DNA from: Halobacteriovoraceae bacterium
GTDB lineage: Bacteria; Bdellovibrionota; Bacteriovoracia; Bacteriovoracales; Bacteriovoracaceae
NCBI GenBank assembly: GCA_963719505.1
Contig: CAVRCF010000005.1
Coordinates: 928,001-992,000, forward strand
Length of the DNA: 64,000 nucleotides
Direction of reading: 5' to 3'
The notes below the pieces were generated by a model that did not search any database, was not told the origin of the DNA, and saw only the letters and a list, made by a program, of their open reading frames with translations. Positions 29,359 through 39,411 of this stretch are shown piece after piece; the first letter of the stretch is position 1, and each line of letters starts with the position of its first letter. A program made the position numbers and the translations under genes.

Positions 29359-29957
29359 TAAACCTCGGAGCTAATTTGAGCGCCTATGGAAAGAAGAAGA
29401 GCTTCAATGGCCTTTACGGCTTTTTTGTACTCTTCTTTTTGCGAAGAACTTGAGTTTTTCTCGTTTAAAAATCTCTTTCTTAAAAAGATCTCTGTCGAAA
29501 TGATAGACTCAAAGTCATCCGAGAAAGTGTTTTCCTTTTTGAAGATATCAACTTTATTGCATTCTTTTTGAGTGGCAATATAAAATGCCTTACTCAGCCC
29601 TTCATTGATAACAATATTATGGCTATCAACATATTGATTCAATTTGGTCAAAAGCATAAAACGAGAAAATGTTTCTTTTTGTGAGTCTTTAAGCTGTGCC
29701 ATATCGAGCTTCTCACTAGAAAATGTATCATCATTCAGACTCAATAAATTTTGAAATTGAATGGCCAAAATAGACTCTGGATAAAGACACTTTAAGGTTT
29801 CAAGTAAAATCCGATTCTTTTTCAAATCCTTTAGACTCGAAACCTCATTTGAAACTTTGTAAATAAAGACATCAGATAAAAGAGTTTTCGAAAAAACATG
29901 CTGGTAAGTGAAAATAAAAAGTCCTCCAATAAGGAGGACTCTATAGATAGTATTCAT
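29346..29957 (-). CDS. Exported hypothetical protein (weak SurA N-domain resemblance)
   Basis: Signal-like N-terminus followed by LLSDVFIYKVSNEVSSLKDL. Confidence 0.6.
   Translation of the reverse strand: MNTIYRVLLIGGLFIFTYQHVFSKTLLSDVFIYKVSNEVSSLKDLKKNRILLETLKCLYPESILAIQFQNLLSLNDDTFSSEKLDMAQLKDSQKETFSRFMLLTKLNQYVDSHNIVINEGLSKAFYIATQKECNKVDIFKKENTFSDDFESIISTEIFLRKRFLNEKNSSSSQKEEYKKAVKAIEALLLSIGAQISSEVYWTK
29911..29940 (-). terminator. Terminator-like hairpin after the TPR regulator gene
   Basis: Minus strand AGTCCTCC-TTATT-GGAGGACT-TTTTATTTT. Confidence 0.65.
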
Positions 29958-29969
29958 TTTATGATTCTA

Positions 29970-31244
29970 TTAAACTGGTGAGCTAATTTCAATGTTTCCA
30001 ATGATTTTATTTGAACTTGAATCATCTTCTTTATGGAATCTAGCATTCACTCGAGGATTAAAAGTATAGCCATCTTTTCCTCTTAGGATATATTTTCTAT
30101 TTCCACCTTTTGGCTCGATAAGTTTTCTTAAACGACTTATCGATGTGTAAATAAGCTTATCGTGAATAAGAGGATTGTATTCATCTTTCCAAATCGATTT
30201 TGCTAAATCTTCTTTGTTATAAGAGTTACCTGGATTCTTAGCCAGCAGGAAAAGAATCTCCAACAAGACAAAACGGTGTTTGAAATCGATTGTCCCAAGA
30301 CTCTTTTCGTGAATAACTCTATTATGTCTGTCCAAATAAAGATCGACACTTGAATCATTTACATCAGCGACCTGATTTTTAAAAATTTGTCTCAGCCGCC
30401 CATAGTCGTGGTTGATTGAATTTAATCCCAACTTAAAAAGCGTCAAAGCTTGATTAAACTCGCCCATCTTCTTTAAAACAATACCCTTACCTAGAAGAAT
30501 ATATCCAAAGAGGTTCCAGCAGTTTTTTTGTTGGAGGATTGTGATCGCTGTATCATAGTGCTCAGTTGCTTCGCTAAGCTTTCCCATTTCTCTATAAAGG
30601 TTTCCATAAAGCATGTGCATACTTCCCTTTAGGAAATCTTTTTTAAGGATATTGAGAAGCTGCTTCAATTGATCTAGATTGTTTAAAGATTCATTAAACT
30701 TTTCTGCTTTAAAACAAGCATTCGATATTGAAAAAAGTGCTTTTGCTATAAGTTCTGGCTCATTTTCAGTCTGAGCTTTTTGATAAGAAAGCTTAAAGTG
30801 TTCGATAGCTTTTTCAAAATCACCTTTATAATTGAAAATCATTCCAACATTGTAGAAGTACTCAGCATTGAGGGAGCCTAAATCTCTTCCAAATTTTTCA
30901 ACTAGGTTCTCGGCTAAATCGATAAACTTATCAGCCTCTGCCTCTTGAAGAGATTCAGAATAAATTCGAATAAGGAAACCGTAGATCTTAAGCATTGCAA
31001 ATGCGTCTTTAGGATAGACTGTTTTATCAAGAGCTCTTAGAAAATAATCTTCTGCATTTTCTAAATCCGCTTTGTCGTAGTAAACTTTTGCAAGTCTGTA
31101 ATACCCTTGCCCCAAGGTTCTTTCGGTGTCTCCAAGGTCAACGTATGACTTATCTGTTTCTTCTAATAAAGAAGTTCTGGCCATAAACCTTTCTTGAAGT
31201 TGTTCTCTTAATTCCTGCTCTGTATTGTTGTTTACAGTTTCCAT
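29970..31244 (-). CDS. TPR-repeat protein with C-terminal OmpR/PhoB-type winged-helix domain
   Basis: Multiple TPR units; LLAKNPGNSYNKEDLAKSIW...IYTSISRLRKLIEP...GYTFN; start moved to METVNN. Confidence 0.85.
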   Translation of the reverse strand: METVNNNTEQELREQLQERFMARTSLLEETDKSYVDLGDTERTLGQGYYRLAKVYYDKADLENAEDYFLRALDKTVYPKDAFAMLKIYGFLIRIYSESLQEAEADKFIDLAENLVEKFGRDLGSLNAEYFYNVGMIFNYKGDFEKAIEHFKLSYQKAQTENEPELIAKALFSISNACFKAEKFNESLNNLDQLKQLLNILKKDFLKGSMHMLYGNLYREMGKLSEATEHYDTAITILQQKNCWNLFGYILLGKGIVLKKMGEFNQALTLFKLGLNSINHDYGRLRQIFKNQVADVNDSSVDLYLDRHNRVIHEKSLGTIDFKHRFVLLEILFLLAKNPGNSYNKEDLAKSIWKDEYNPLIHDKLIYTSISRLRKLIEPKGGNRKYILRGKDGYTFNPRVNARFHKEDDSSSNKIIGNIEISSPV

Positions 31245-31625
31245 AAGATTTTCCCTATATTGATTGTTCCCCAATTTTCGAAAAACTTACAACAGCTTTC
31301 GCACAATGTAAAATTTGAACAATAAATAGAATCTATCTAAAAATTTGATCTTTTTAAAATAAATCCTTACTTTCATACATCTAAAATTCAAATATTTTCC
31401 TTTAAAAACATACACTTAGTTCACTTCAACTTCATGAGACTTACATTTACCATCAGTTCTAAGGTCCGATTAAGTGAGCTAAATCCCTGAAAATCTTACA
31501 TCAAAAAAATTTATGGAGCTAACGGTACAAGTCCTTAAAGCATTGAAAAAACGTTGATCAATTCCAAAGCTTTATGCTAAGTTATCAACCATCAAAAACA
31601 ATCAACATAATAAGGATAAGGTAAG

Positions 31626-33381
31626 ATGAGTAAAATTGATCTCGAGACGCTTAGACATTCAACAGCCCACGTAATGGCGCAAGCAATTTGTGAACTCTAT
31701 CCTACCGAAACCGTCCAACTTGGTATTGGCCCAACTATCGAAAATGGTTTTTATTACGATATCGATATGGAGTCTCGAATTCTTGATGAAGACCTTATTA
31801 AGATCGAAGACAAAATGAAAGAAATAATAAAAAGAGATGATGAGATCACTCGCTTTGAGGCGACAAGAGAAGAAGCTTTAAAACTTTTTGCCGATAGAGG
31901 GCAAAAGTATAAACTTGAACTAATTAGAGATCTTCCAGAAGGTGAAACAATCTCTTATTACACTCAAGGAGATAAATTCATAGACCTTTGTCGTGGCCCT
32001 CATGTCGAAAGCACGAAGAGACTACCGACCTCATTTCAAACTTCTCCATACAGCAGGAGCTTACTGGCGAGGAGATGAGACAAGACCTATGCTTCAAAGA
32101 GTTTACGCTGCAAGTTTTGATGACAAGAAAAAACTCAAAGCCCATCTCAATTTTTTAGAGGAAGCAAAGAAAAGAGACCATAGAAAATTAGGTAAAGAAA
32201 TGGATCTTTTTCACTTCGACCCTGTGGCCCCTGGTTCACCATTTTTCGAACCCAAAGGTGCAATTGTTTACAATGAGCTCATCTCTTTTATGAGAAGAAT
32301 TTATAACATTTTTGATTATAAAGAAGTTATTACTCCTCAAATTTTAGATACAACTTTATGGAAAACATCTGGACACTATGAGCATTATAAAGAGGATATG
32401 TTCTTCTCACACTCAGAGAAGAAAGACTTTGCAGTAAAACCGATGAACTGTCCTTGTCACATGCTTATGTTTGCTCACAAAAAATATAGCTACAGAGACT
32501 TACCTTTGAGATTCGCTGACTTTGGACGACTTCACAGAAATGAAAGAAGTGGTGCACTTGCTGGACTCACAAGAGTTCGAACATTTTGCCAAGATGACGC
32601 TCATGTCTTTTTACCTCAAGAACAAATTCAAGGTGAGATTTTACAACTCTTAAAAATGTTTGATGTTTGTTACGATCACTTTGGCTTTGAAAATATTAAA
32701 ATTGGTTTATCAACAAGACCAGAGAAGAAAGCTGGTGATGATTCTCAATGGGACCTTGCTGAAGAAGCACTAAGACTTGCTCTTGCAGAGTCTGGTCACG
32801 AGTATCACCTCAATGAAGGTGACGGAGCATTCTATGGTCCTAAAATTGATATTCAGATATCTGATGCCATTGGAAGATACCATCAACTTGGAACGGTTCA
32901 ATTAGACTTTGAACTCCCTAAAAGATTTAATCTCAGTTTTAAAAATGCTGAAAATGAAGAAGAAAGACCGGTTGTTATTCACAGAGCACTTTTGGGATCA
33001 TTAGAGAGATTTTTTGGTGTTTATCTTGAACATGTGGCAGGAATTTTTCCTTTTTGGCTTGCACCAGAGCAAGCAGTTATCGTTCCTGTAAACAATGATA
33101 TTCACCTCGACTACTCCAACAAACTTTGCAAAGAGCTTCAAAGAAAAGGATATAGAGTTAGGGTTGATGATAGAAACGAAACGATGGGTTTGAAAACACG
33201 ACAAATTCAACAATCTAAAGCTCCCTATATGATCGTCATCGGAGATAAAGAGATGGAATCCAATAGTGCGGCTTTGCGAGCTTACGGACAAAAGTTTACT
33301 AAAGTCATGACCAGCGAAGAAATGCTGGTCCTTTTTGAGGAACTTGACTCCCATAAAATGCCTCAACAAATAAGAGACTAG
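31626..33381 (+). CDS. thrS: Threonine--tRNA ligase (one frameshift near 32027)
   Basis: LRHSTAHVMAQA, GFYYD, DLCRGPHV | GAYWRGD, RDHRKLG, KPMNCP, GAFYGPKID, HRALLGSLERF; no TGS domain. Confidence 0.95.
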
Positions 33382-33383
33382 AA

Positions 33384-34367
33384 ATGAAAAATCTTTTACT
33401 ACTCTTTGGTGGAGGATCCACCGAACACGACATTTCAAAAATAACTTGTGACTATCTTGAGACAAAAATTGACTCCAAAAAGTTTAATATTTTTAAGGTT
33501 GAAATCAAAAGCGATGGCCATTGGCTCTTAGACGGACGTGCAGTTAATATTGACTTTGATAAAAACCTCAACGACTCAAATGGTAAAATCGCAGCGATCG
33601 ATCTTTGTCTTCCCGCGATCCACGGTTATCCAGCAGAGACGGGAAACTTGCAGTCATTCTTACAGATGATTAACCTGCCTTTTTTTGGAGTCGAGTCTGA
33701 GCCCAGTTCGATATGTTTCAATAAAGTGTTAACAAAGCTTTGGCTAGATGCTCAAGGTTTTCCAACGACACCTTTTATCTTCTTAAAAGACTCAAGTGAT
33801 GAGTCTGTAAAAAAATGTAAAGAGTTTTTTAAAAATCATGGCAAGATTTTTATTAAGGCCAGTAACCAAGGAAGTTCAATTGGCTGCTACCCGGTTAATC
33901 GTGAACAAGAAATTGAAAACACCTTAAAAGAAGCGTTTAAGTTCTCTCGATACGTTTTGATTGAGTCATTTGTTATAGGAAGAGAGCTTGAAGTTTCCGT
34001 TTTCGAATATAATGGAGAAATTCTTTCATCAGGTCCTGGAGAAATTATCTGCCCAGACGCCTTTTACGACTATAATCAAAAATATGCAAAATCGTCACAC
34101 ACTCATGTGGATGTAGAGGCCAAAAACCTCACCAAAGAGAAGGCACAGGAATTATCCAAAATGGCGATAAACGTTTTTGAAAGTCTAAAGCTTAAGGATC
34201 TTTCAAGAGTTGATTTTTTTCTAGAAGGTGAAAATATTCTGATCAACGAAATTAATACATTTCCTGGAATGACTCCGATCTCACTTTTTCCACAAATGCT
34301 AGAAGCCACAGGCATAAAGTTTGAGAACTTTATTAATCAGCGACTTGAAAACCTCATTCGCTTTTAA
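33384..34367 (+). CDS. ddl: D-alanine--D-alanine ligase
   Basis: FGGGSTEHDIS, IHGYPAE, GSSIG, FYDYNQKY, SRVDFF, NEINTFPGMT. Confidence 0.93.
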   Translation: MKNLLLLFGGGSTEHDISKITCDYLETKIDSKKFNIFKVEIKSDGHWLLDGRAVNIDFDKNLNDSNGKIAAIDLCLPAIHGYPAETGNLQSFLQMINLPFFGVESEPSSICFNKVLTKLWLDAQGFPTTPFIFLKDSSDESVKKCKEFFKNHGKIFIKASNQGSSIGCYPVNREQEIENTLKEAFKFSRYVLIESFVIGRELEVSVFEYNGEILSSGPGEIICPDAFYDYNQKYAKSSHTHVDVEAKNLTKEKAQELSKMAINVFESLKLKDLSRVDFFLEGENILINEINTFPGMTPISLFPQMLEATGIKFENFINQRLENLIRF

Positions 34368-34392
34368 TTTAAAACTACATTACAATAGATAG

Positions 34393-35409
34393 ATGTATAA
34401 AAGATCAAGCGAGCTTAATTTTATTCAAAGGTCTAGACTCACGCTGAGTCTCAAACCTATTCTCGTTGCCCAAATTGTCATTTTAGACTCTTTGGAAAAG
34501 CCTGCTTACAGCTACAAAGACGGCCTCTTTCACAAAGAGATCGATGCAAACACCGGGATATCAGTCGATTTTATAAGTAATTATGCAAAGGTAGTGAGCT
34601 CGGAAATATTCCTACACAAAGAAGACTTCAATAGAATAAATGAAAAATTAAATGGTGAAATCGTTAAGCTCACCCGCTCTCTTTCACAAGGAGATACTAG
34701 GGCAAAAGCAAACAAGTATGTGAATCTTCTCTCTATGCAGATGGCAAACCTGTATAAAGATCCGTTTAACGACGAACTATTAGTCAATCAATTTCAAGGT
34801 GCTCAAAATCTGTTCAATGTCTTATTTAATAACAAGTCTATTCACAAAGGTCTCTACCACTCTTTAGCAAAGCAGTCTCATCACTACACTGTTGCACAAC
34901 CACTTTTATCTTCAATCCTCTTAACAAGTTTCCTTCAAAGTTCAGGAATGTTTTCAGAGAAAGAGATTCAGAGTTACTTTTTAACAAGTTATTTCAAAGA
35001 TATTGGCATGAGCCTTATTCCAAGAGAGAAATTTGAACAAGCTCACCTAAATGAATATGATAAAAAACTTTTCGCTGAGCACGCAATCAATTCTAGAAAA
35101 CTATTAAGTTCTAGAATTCCACTCACAATGACCCAGCTTAATATTATAGAGAATCATCATTTTTTAAACTACAAGATTCAAGCTCTTATTTCCGACTCTT
35201 TTACTATTGACCAAAATAAAATGCTCACCGGTGTCGAGTCGACACTTTTATCAAGTATAGATATAATCGTGGCAATGAGCTCTGAGAGGCCCTACAGAGA
35301 AGCGATGAGTATATTTAAAGCTCTAGAATTGTTAAAGAAAGTTGTTGCAACAGAATACCCGACTGAATTTAAAAACTTAGTAATATTTTTAAAATCATTT
35401 TTTAAGTAA
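34393..35409 (+). CDS. Degenerate HD-GYP-like domain protein
   Basis: YFKDIG in place of LHDIG, IIENHH, DIIVAMSSERPYREAM; no GYP motif. Confidence 0.7.
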   Translation: MYKRSSELNFIQRSRLTLSLKPILVAQIVILDSLEKPAYSYKDGLFHKEIDANTGISVDFISNYAKVVSSEIFLHKEDFNRINEKLNGEIVKLTRSLSQGDTRAKANKYVNLLSMQMANLYKDPFNDELLVNQFQGAQNLFNVLFNNKSIHKGLYHSLAKQSHHYTVAQPLLSSILLTSFLQSSGMFSEKEIQSYFLTSYFKDIGMSLIPREKFEQAHLNEYDKKLFAEHAINSRKLLSSRIPLTMTQLNIIENHHFLNYKIQALISDSFTIDQNKMLTGVESTLLSSIDIIVAMSSERPYREAMSIFKALELLKKVVATEYPTEFKNLVIFLKSFFK

Positions 35410-35526
35410 TTTTTTGAAAAATTTCTCTTCTCATTACGTTCTAAATATTTAAAAATAGTAAATGAATAAGCATAAGGATATGCAATTTCAACTTCAATAA
35501 GCGCATGAATTCTAAGGAGGGAATAA

Positions 35527-35748
35527 ATGGCGAGTCCACAAATACAGAGTCCACTAACAGGTATTTTAGCAGAAGAAACAGTCGTAATCGATTTTGGCGA
35601 GCACGAAGGAAAATCTGTACTACAGGTTAATGATGAAAACCCAGACTTCTACTCTTTTCTCATTGAGCAAAAAGAGCAAGGAAATTCAACGATAAGAAGA
35701 ACTAAAGATAAGATTTTTAAGTTATACGTAACTTCTCCTCTACAATAG
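35527..35748 (+). CDS. Small hypothetical protein
   Basis: Strong AAGGAGG RBS; IDFGEHEGKSV...PDFYSFL resembles FGK(H/Y)KG-type small domains. Confidence 0.7.
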   Translation: MASPQIQSPLTGILAEETVVIDFGEHEGKSVLQVNDENPDFYSFLIEQKEQGNSTIRRTKDKIFKLYVTSPLQ

Positions 35749-35753
35749 GTTTA

Positions 35754-36128
35754 ATGAATATCATTTATATATCAGTCTTTGGAGTTGTGGGTGTTCTGTC
35801 CCGCTACTCCTTAGACTTAATTTTTTACAACAAAGATCAAATACTCCCTATTCAAACTATCATTGCAAATTTTACTGGATGCTTAATCGCAGGAATTCTC
35901 TATTCATTCATCAGTGAAAAATTTGGAAATACTCATTTATGGAGCTTGGCGATTATTGGTTTTTGTGGCGGTCTTACAACTTTTTCAAGCTTTGCTCTGC
36001 AGTCCTTTCAGTCTATTGAACAAGGAGAATTTCTTAAGGCCTACGGATACCTTATGATATTTCCCTTGATAGGTTTACTTGCTATTTTTCTTGGAATGAA
36101 ATTATCAATTTTCTTCATAAACAGGTGA
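35754..36128 (+). CDS. crcB: Fluoride channel Fluc/CrcB
   Basis: GVLSRY, ANFTGC, GFCGGLTTFSSF; 4 TM segments. Confidence 0.92.
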   Translation: MNIIYISVFGVVGVLSRYSLDLIFYNKDQILPIQTIIANFTGCLIAGILYSFISEKFGNTHLWSLAIIGFCGGLTTFSSFALQSFQSIEQGEFLKAYGYLMIFPLIGLLAIFLGMKLSIFFINR

Positions 36129-36157
36129 AATCAGCACCTTAGCCTACCATTTTTGCC

Positions 36158-36187
36158 TTGATTCAATCCGAACGATCGTGCTATTAT
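36158..36187 (+). promoter_or_regulatory. Promoter with internal palindromic operator upstream of the tetR gene
   Basis: TTGATT-18 bp-TATTAT with extended TG; palindrome ACGATCGT at 36172-36179. Confidence 0.6.
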
Positions 36188-36193
36188 GAATAT

Positions 36194-36781
36194 ATGAGCA
36201 AAGGGTATACGACAAAAGAAACCATTTTAAAAACAGCCTTCGAACTAACAAGTAAATTTGGTTTGGAAAGTCTCTCAATTGGAGAACTTGCAAAGTCTGT
36301 TGGAATGAGTAAGTCCGGACTTTTTGGTCACTTTAAATCAAAAGAGAAACTACAATTAATGGTTATGGATTACGCTGCTGAAAACTTCACTGATAAAGTT
36401 GTAAAACCAGCTCTAAACCAGAAGCGTGGTATCGCAAGAATCGAAGCCATGATGAACAACTGGAAAAAGTGGTCATCAACATATCTCCCTGGAGGATGTC
36501 CTTTCCTATCAGCGATCGTAGAGTTCGATGACAGACCAGGACCAGTGAGAGATCACATCAAAGAGCTCCAAGCAACGATGGTCGGTACATTCTCAAGGTC
36601 TGTCGACATTGCAATTGAAGAGGGTGAAATATTAAAAGAGACAAATACAGAACAACTTGCATACGAACTTTATTCCAATATGATCGGCTTTCATATTTAT
36701 AATCGTTTGTTAAAAGATAAAAATGCAGTTTTAAAATTTGAAAATAGTTTTTCCTCGCTTATCGAAAGAGTTAGGAAATAA
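36194..36781 (+). CDS. TetR/AcrR family regulator
   Basis: LSIGELAKSVGMSKSGLFGHFKSKEKLQ; PGGCPF...EFDDRPGPVRD; start moved to MSKG. Confidence 0.93.
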   Translation: MSKGYTTKETILKTAFELTSKFGLESLSIGELAKSVGMSKSGLFGHFKSKEKLQLMVMDYAAENFTDKVVKPALNQKRGIARIEAMMNNWKKWSSTYLPGGCPFLSAIVEFDDRPGPVRDHIKELQATMVGTFSRSVDIAIEEGEILKETNTEQLAYELYSNMIGFHIYNRLLKDKNAVLKFENSFSSLIERVRK

Positions 36782-36806
36782 GGTATTTTATACCAAGGAG
36801 AAGTTT

Positions 36807-37013
36807 ATGAGTGTCACATTTAAAGTTGTTGAACTAATTGATCGCTTACACATTCAAAAGTTTTTTATGGAAAAAGATAACAAAGTCCTTTTGAATATAA
36901 AGTTTGATCCAGCAAAGATAGAGAGTTTTATCGATAGTAAACTCAAAGTTCATGGAAAAGGATACAAACCCAATGACTTTGAGGAAAGCTGCATAAGAGA
37001 TTTAGACTTTTAA
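36807..37013 (+). CDS. Small hypothetical protein (68 aa)
   Basis: AAGGAG RBS before the ATG at 36807; fills the gap between tetR and the ParB-like gene. Confidence 0.6.
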   Translation: MSVTFKVVELIDRLHIQKFFMEKDNKVLLNIKFDPAKIESFIDSKLKVHGKGYKPNDFEESCIRDLDF

Positions 37014-37022
37014 ATTTCTCAT

Positions 37023-37616
37023 ATGCTCGTTTTAGTCGAGAAACTTTATCCCACTCAAGATAGCTTTGGTAGTCTATCGATTGGATATAAAGTCGATCAT
37101 ATAGAGAATGCTTGGAACAATGGAAATTTTGAAGAGTATTTAGACAAAAAAATTGTTCCAAGCATTCTGGGTCCTAAAAATAAAATCTATATTCTTGATA
37201 GACATCACACCGCTATAGCAATTTCAAAAGCTAATATCCCAAAAAATAAAAAGCAGCTTAAAATCGAAGTTATTCACGATTGGTCTCATCTAACAATTGA
37301 AGAATTCGAACAGAAAATGGTTTCTTCTCATTTTCTATGGATCGATGAAAACTCAACATTCAAAACCCTACCAAAGAGGCTGAAAGACCTCGCTGATAAT
37401 CCCTATAGAAGTCTGGCCTGGAAAGTAAGAAAGATGGGTGGATTTAAAAAGGTTAAAAAACCATTTTTAGAATTTTATTGGAGTGATTTTTTTAAGCATA
37501 ATGGAATAAAGCTTACGTCTTCAAAAGAAAGTGAAATCTTAAAGGTATTACCAGAAGCCATGAGTCTTGCATCCTCAACCAAAGCAAAAAACAATCCAGG
37601 CTATATAGGCTTGTAG
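37023..37616 (+). CDS. ParB/Srx-like putative nuclease (ParBc_2-type)
   Basis: LYPTQ, GPKNKIYILDRHH, LADNPYRSLAW, GGFKK..PFLEFYWSDF. Confidence 0.78.
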   Translation: MLVLVEKLYPTQDSFGSLSIGYKVDHIENAWNNGNFEEYLDKKIVPSILGPKNKIYILDRHHTAIAISKANIPKNKKQLKIEVIHDWSHLTIEEFEQKMVSSHFLWIDENSTFKTLPKRLKDLADNPYRSLAWKVRKMGGFKKVKKPFLEFYWSDFFKHNGIKLTSSKESEILKVLPEAMSLASSTKAKNNPGYIGL

Positions 37617-37632
37617 CCTAATTGATAAAGGA

Positions 37633-39411
37633 TTAGTCACAGCTCAATCGGCCAACCAAATAATGACCACTTTCACAAAGTGTAAAATTCACGGAGTTCA
37701 TATATTCATTTTTAATTTTATATGTTTTTTCAAGTCCGGCTCTTGATTGGTTTAATGACTCTGAGAAAGGCCACCTCACAGTAACGCTAACCAAAGACTC
37801 CCCTTCATTGAGAGCAAAATGAAGTCCCTCTTCATTTTGAGGGGGAAGTGCACCGTAGGAATAGCTAACATTTTGACTTCTATTTACTAAACCCTTTGGT
37901 GTCATAACTTTCAAAATGACCGTGGCGTTGAGGCCATGGAAGTTTGCTCTTGTACCTCTCAGATAGAAACGCAGAGCTTTTTTCTTTTGTATTTTTTGAT
38001 TATTTTCAAAGAGGTAAATTCTTTTTTTAATCCGAGCATCTCTCAAGTTTGACTGAGCGGTTAAAATATCCATTTTCCCGTCTCTATTAAAGTCTGCGAC
38101 CACAGATGACATAGGATTTATAATATCTACCCCCTCAACCTTAGAGACATTCTCGAATGAGTGATCTTCATATTGTTTAAAGAGAACAAGTCTAGTGTGT
38201 GGAGGAAAACCTGAGTTATCAACAAGGAGGTCCATGAGTCCGTCATTATTATAATCGAACCACACACCTCTTCTATCTGCCTGGTGCCACTCAACATCAA
38301 AAGAGTCTTGAAAATATTCTGTCCTTATAAAAAACGGAGGAAATTTAAAACGTGAACCAGTAAGGATACTAGATTTATCTCTCAGCTCATTATCATAGCT
38401 ATGAGTTAGTTCACCTAAAAAGATATCCATAATCCCATCTTGATTATAGTCTTGGCAGGCAGTAGCGAAAGTCCTTCCTCCACCTTTAGGAGTTAAATTT
38501 CCCTCTGTGTCTCCTCCATAGAGAGAAGTTATTGCATAGTCTTTAAAAGTTCTGACTTTCTCCCTAACTTTATAGGAGTTCATCCACAGCTTATTATTAT
38601 ACCCACTAGCACCAGCCGCGAGAATATCAGGAAAACCGTTTTGATCTATGTCACAAATTTGCGAAGCAAATGTTGGAACAGCGTTCACATACATAGTGTC
38701 ATCTAAATTTTTTTTCGTTTCTTCTTCAAGATACTTTGAGGAGTCTATGTATCCGTCTTTTGTTTTTTCAAGTAGGTAATCTCGCTCGGGAAATGTTCCA
38801 TGTTTATTCTTTTTAAACCAATTTCCTATAAATAAATCAAGGTCACCATCTAGATCAAAATCAATAAGCCCGATTGTCGCTGTAGGACCGGGGTCAATAT
38901 TAATTTTATCTTTTTGCTCAGTGAATCGAAGCCCTTTTTTTGATTTTATACCTTTAAAAATACGAATGGGGTCAGGAGTAAGTTCAGTTTTTTGATTTAA
39001 GACACCCGCAATTGCATCCAATACATTGTCGTTGTCGAGATCATAAAAAAGAAAATATGAAGCTTTTAGATTTACATCAAATAAGGACTCTGTTTTTTCA
39101 AAACGACCTTTATGAACATCAAAAAGATAAAAGTCCGGTTGAGCATAATGCTCTGGTAATATAACAAGATCACTAAATCCATCTGAATTCAAGTCGACAA
39201 CATTAAAGTTTGCAGCCGTGATGCCTGATAGACCATATTGCTCAGTTTTGTCTATAAAGCCTGAAGCCCCAGCAGCACTAGGTCCCGACTCATAAGTCTT
39301 CTCTTTAAGTGAGTCTAAAGAGCTACTTAACTCACTGGGATTAAAAACCTTTTCAGTGGTGGAGCAGGAAAAAATCAAACTGAAAATAAATAAAATTGAT
39401 ATATTTTTCAC
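37633..39411 (-). CDS. FG-GAP repeat lipoprotein (CRTAC1/ASPIC-UnbV-like)
   Basis: Lipobox IFSC; about 7 DxDxDGxxD repeats; C-terminal LHFAL...VTVRWP. Confidence 0.85.
   Translation of the reverse strand: MKNISILFIFSLIFSCSTTEKVFNPSELSSSLDSLKEKTYESGPSAAGASGFIDKTEQYGLSGITAANFNVVDLNSDGFSDLVILPEHYAQPDFYLFDVHKGRFEKTESLFDVNLKASYFLFYDLDNDNVLDAIAGVLNQKTELTPDPIRIFKGIKSKKGLRFTEQKDKINIDPGPTATIGLIDFDLDGDLDLFIGNWFKKNKHGTFPERDYLLEKTKDGYIDSSKYLEEETKKNLDDTMYVNAVPTFASQICDIDQNGFPDILAAGASGYNNKLWMNSYKVREKVRTFKDYAITSLYGGDTEGNLTPKGGGRTFATACQDYNQDGIMDIFLGELTHSYDNELRDKSSILTGSRFKFPPFFIRTEYFQDSFDVEWHQADRRGVWFDYNNDGLMDLLVDNSGFPPHTRLVLFKQYEDHSFENVSKVEGVDIINPMSSVVADFNRDGKMDILTAQSNLRDARIKKRIYLFENNQKIQKKKALRFYLRGTRANFHGLNATVILKVMTPKGLVNRSQNVSYSYGALPPQNEEGLHFALNEGESLVSVTVRWPFSESLNQSRAGLEKTYKIKNEYMNSVNFTLCESGHYLVGRLSCD

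Noticed and set aside
31275..31625. T-box or other riboswitch upstream of thrS
   Set aside because: No T-box consensus or terminator; a promoter-like TTGATC...TAAGTT lies close to the start.
35410..35753. Fluoride riboswitch before crcB, or sigma54 site at 35468-35485
   Set aside because: No fluoride riboswitch core motif; the candidate lacks GG-N10-GC spacing.
37023..37616. Chromosome-partitioning parB
   Set aside because: No HTH or dimerisation domain and no parA; motifs fit the stand-alone ParBc_2 type.
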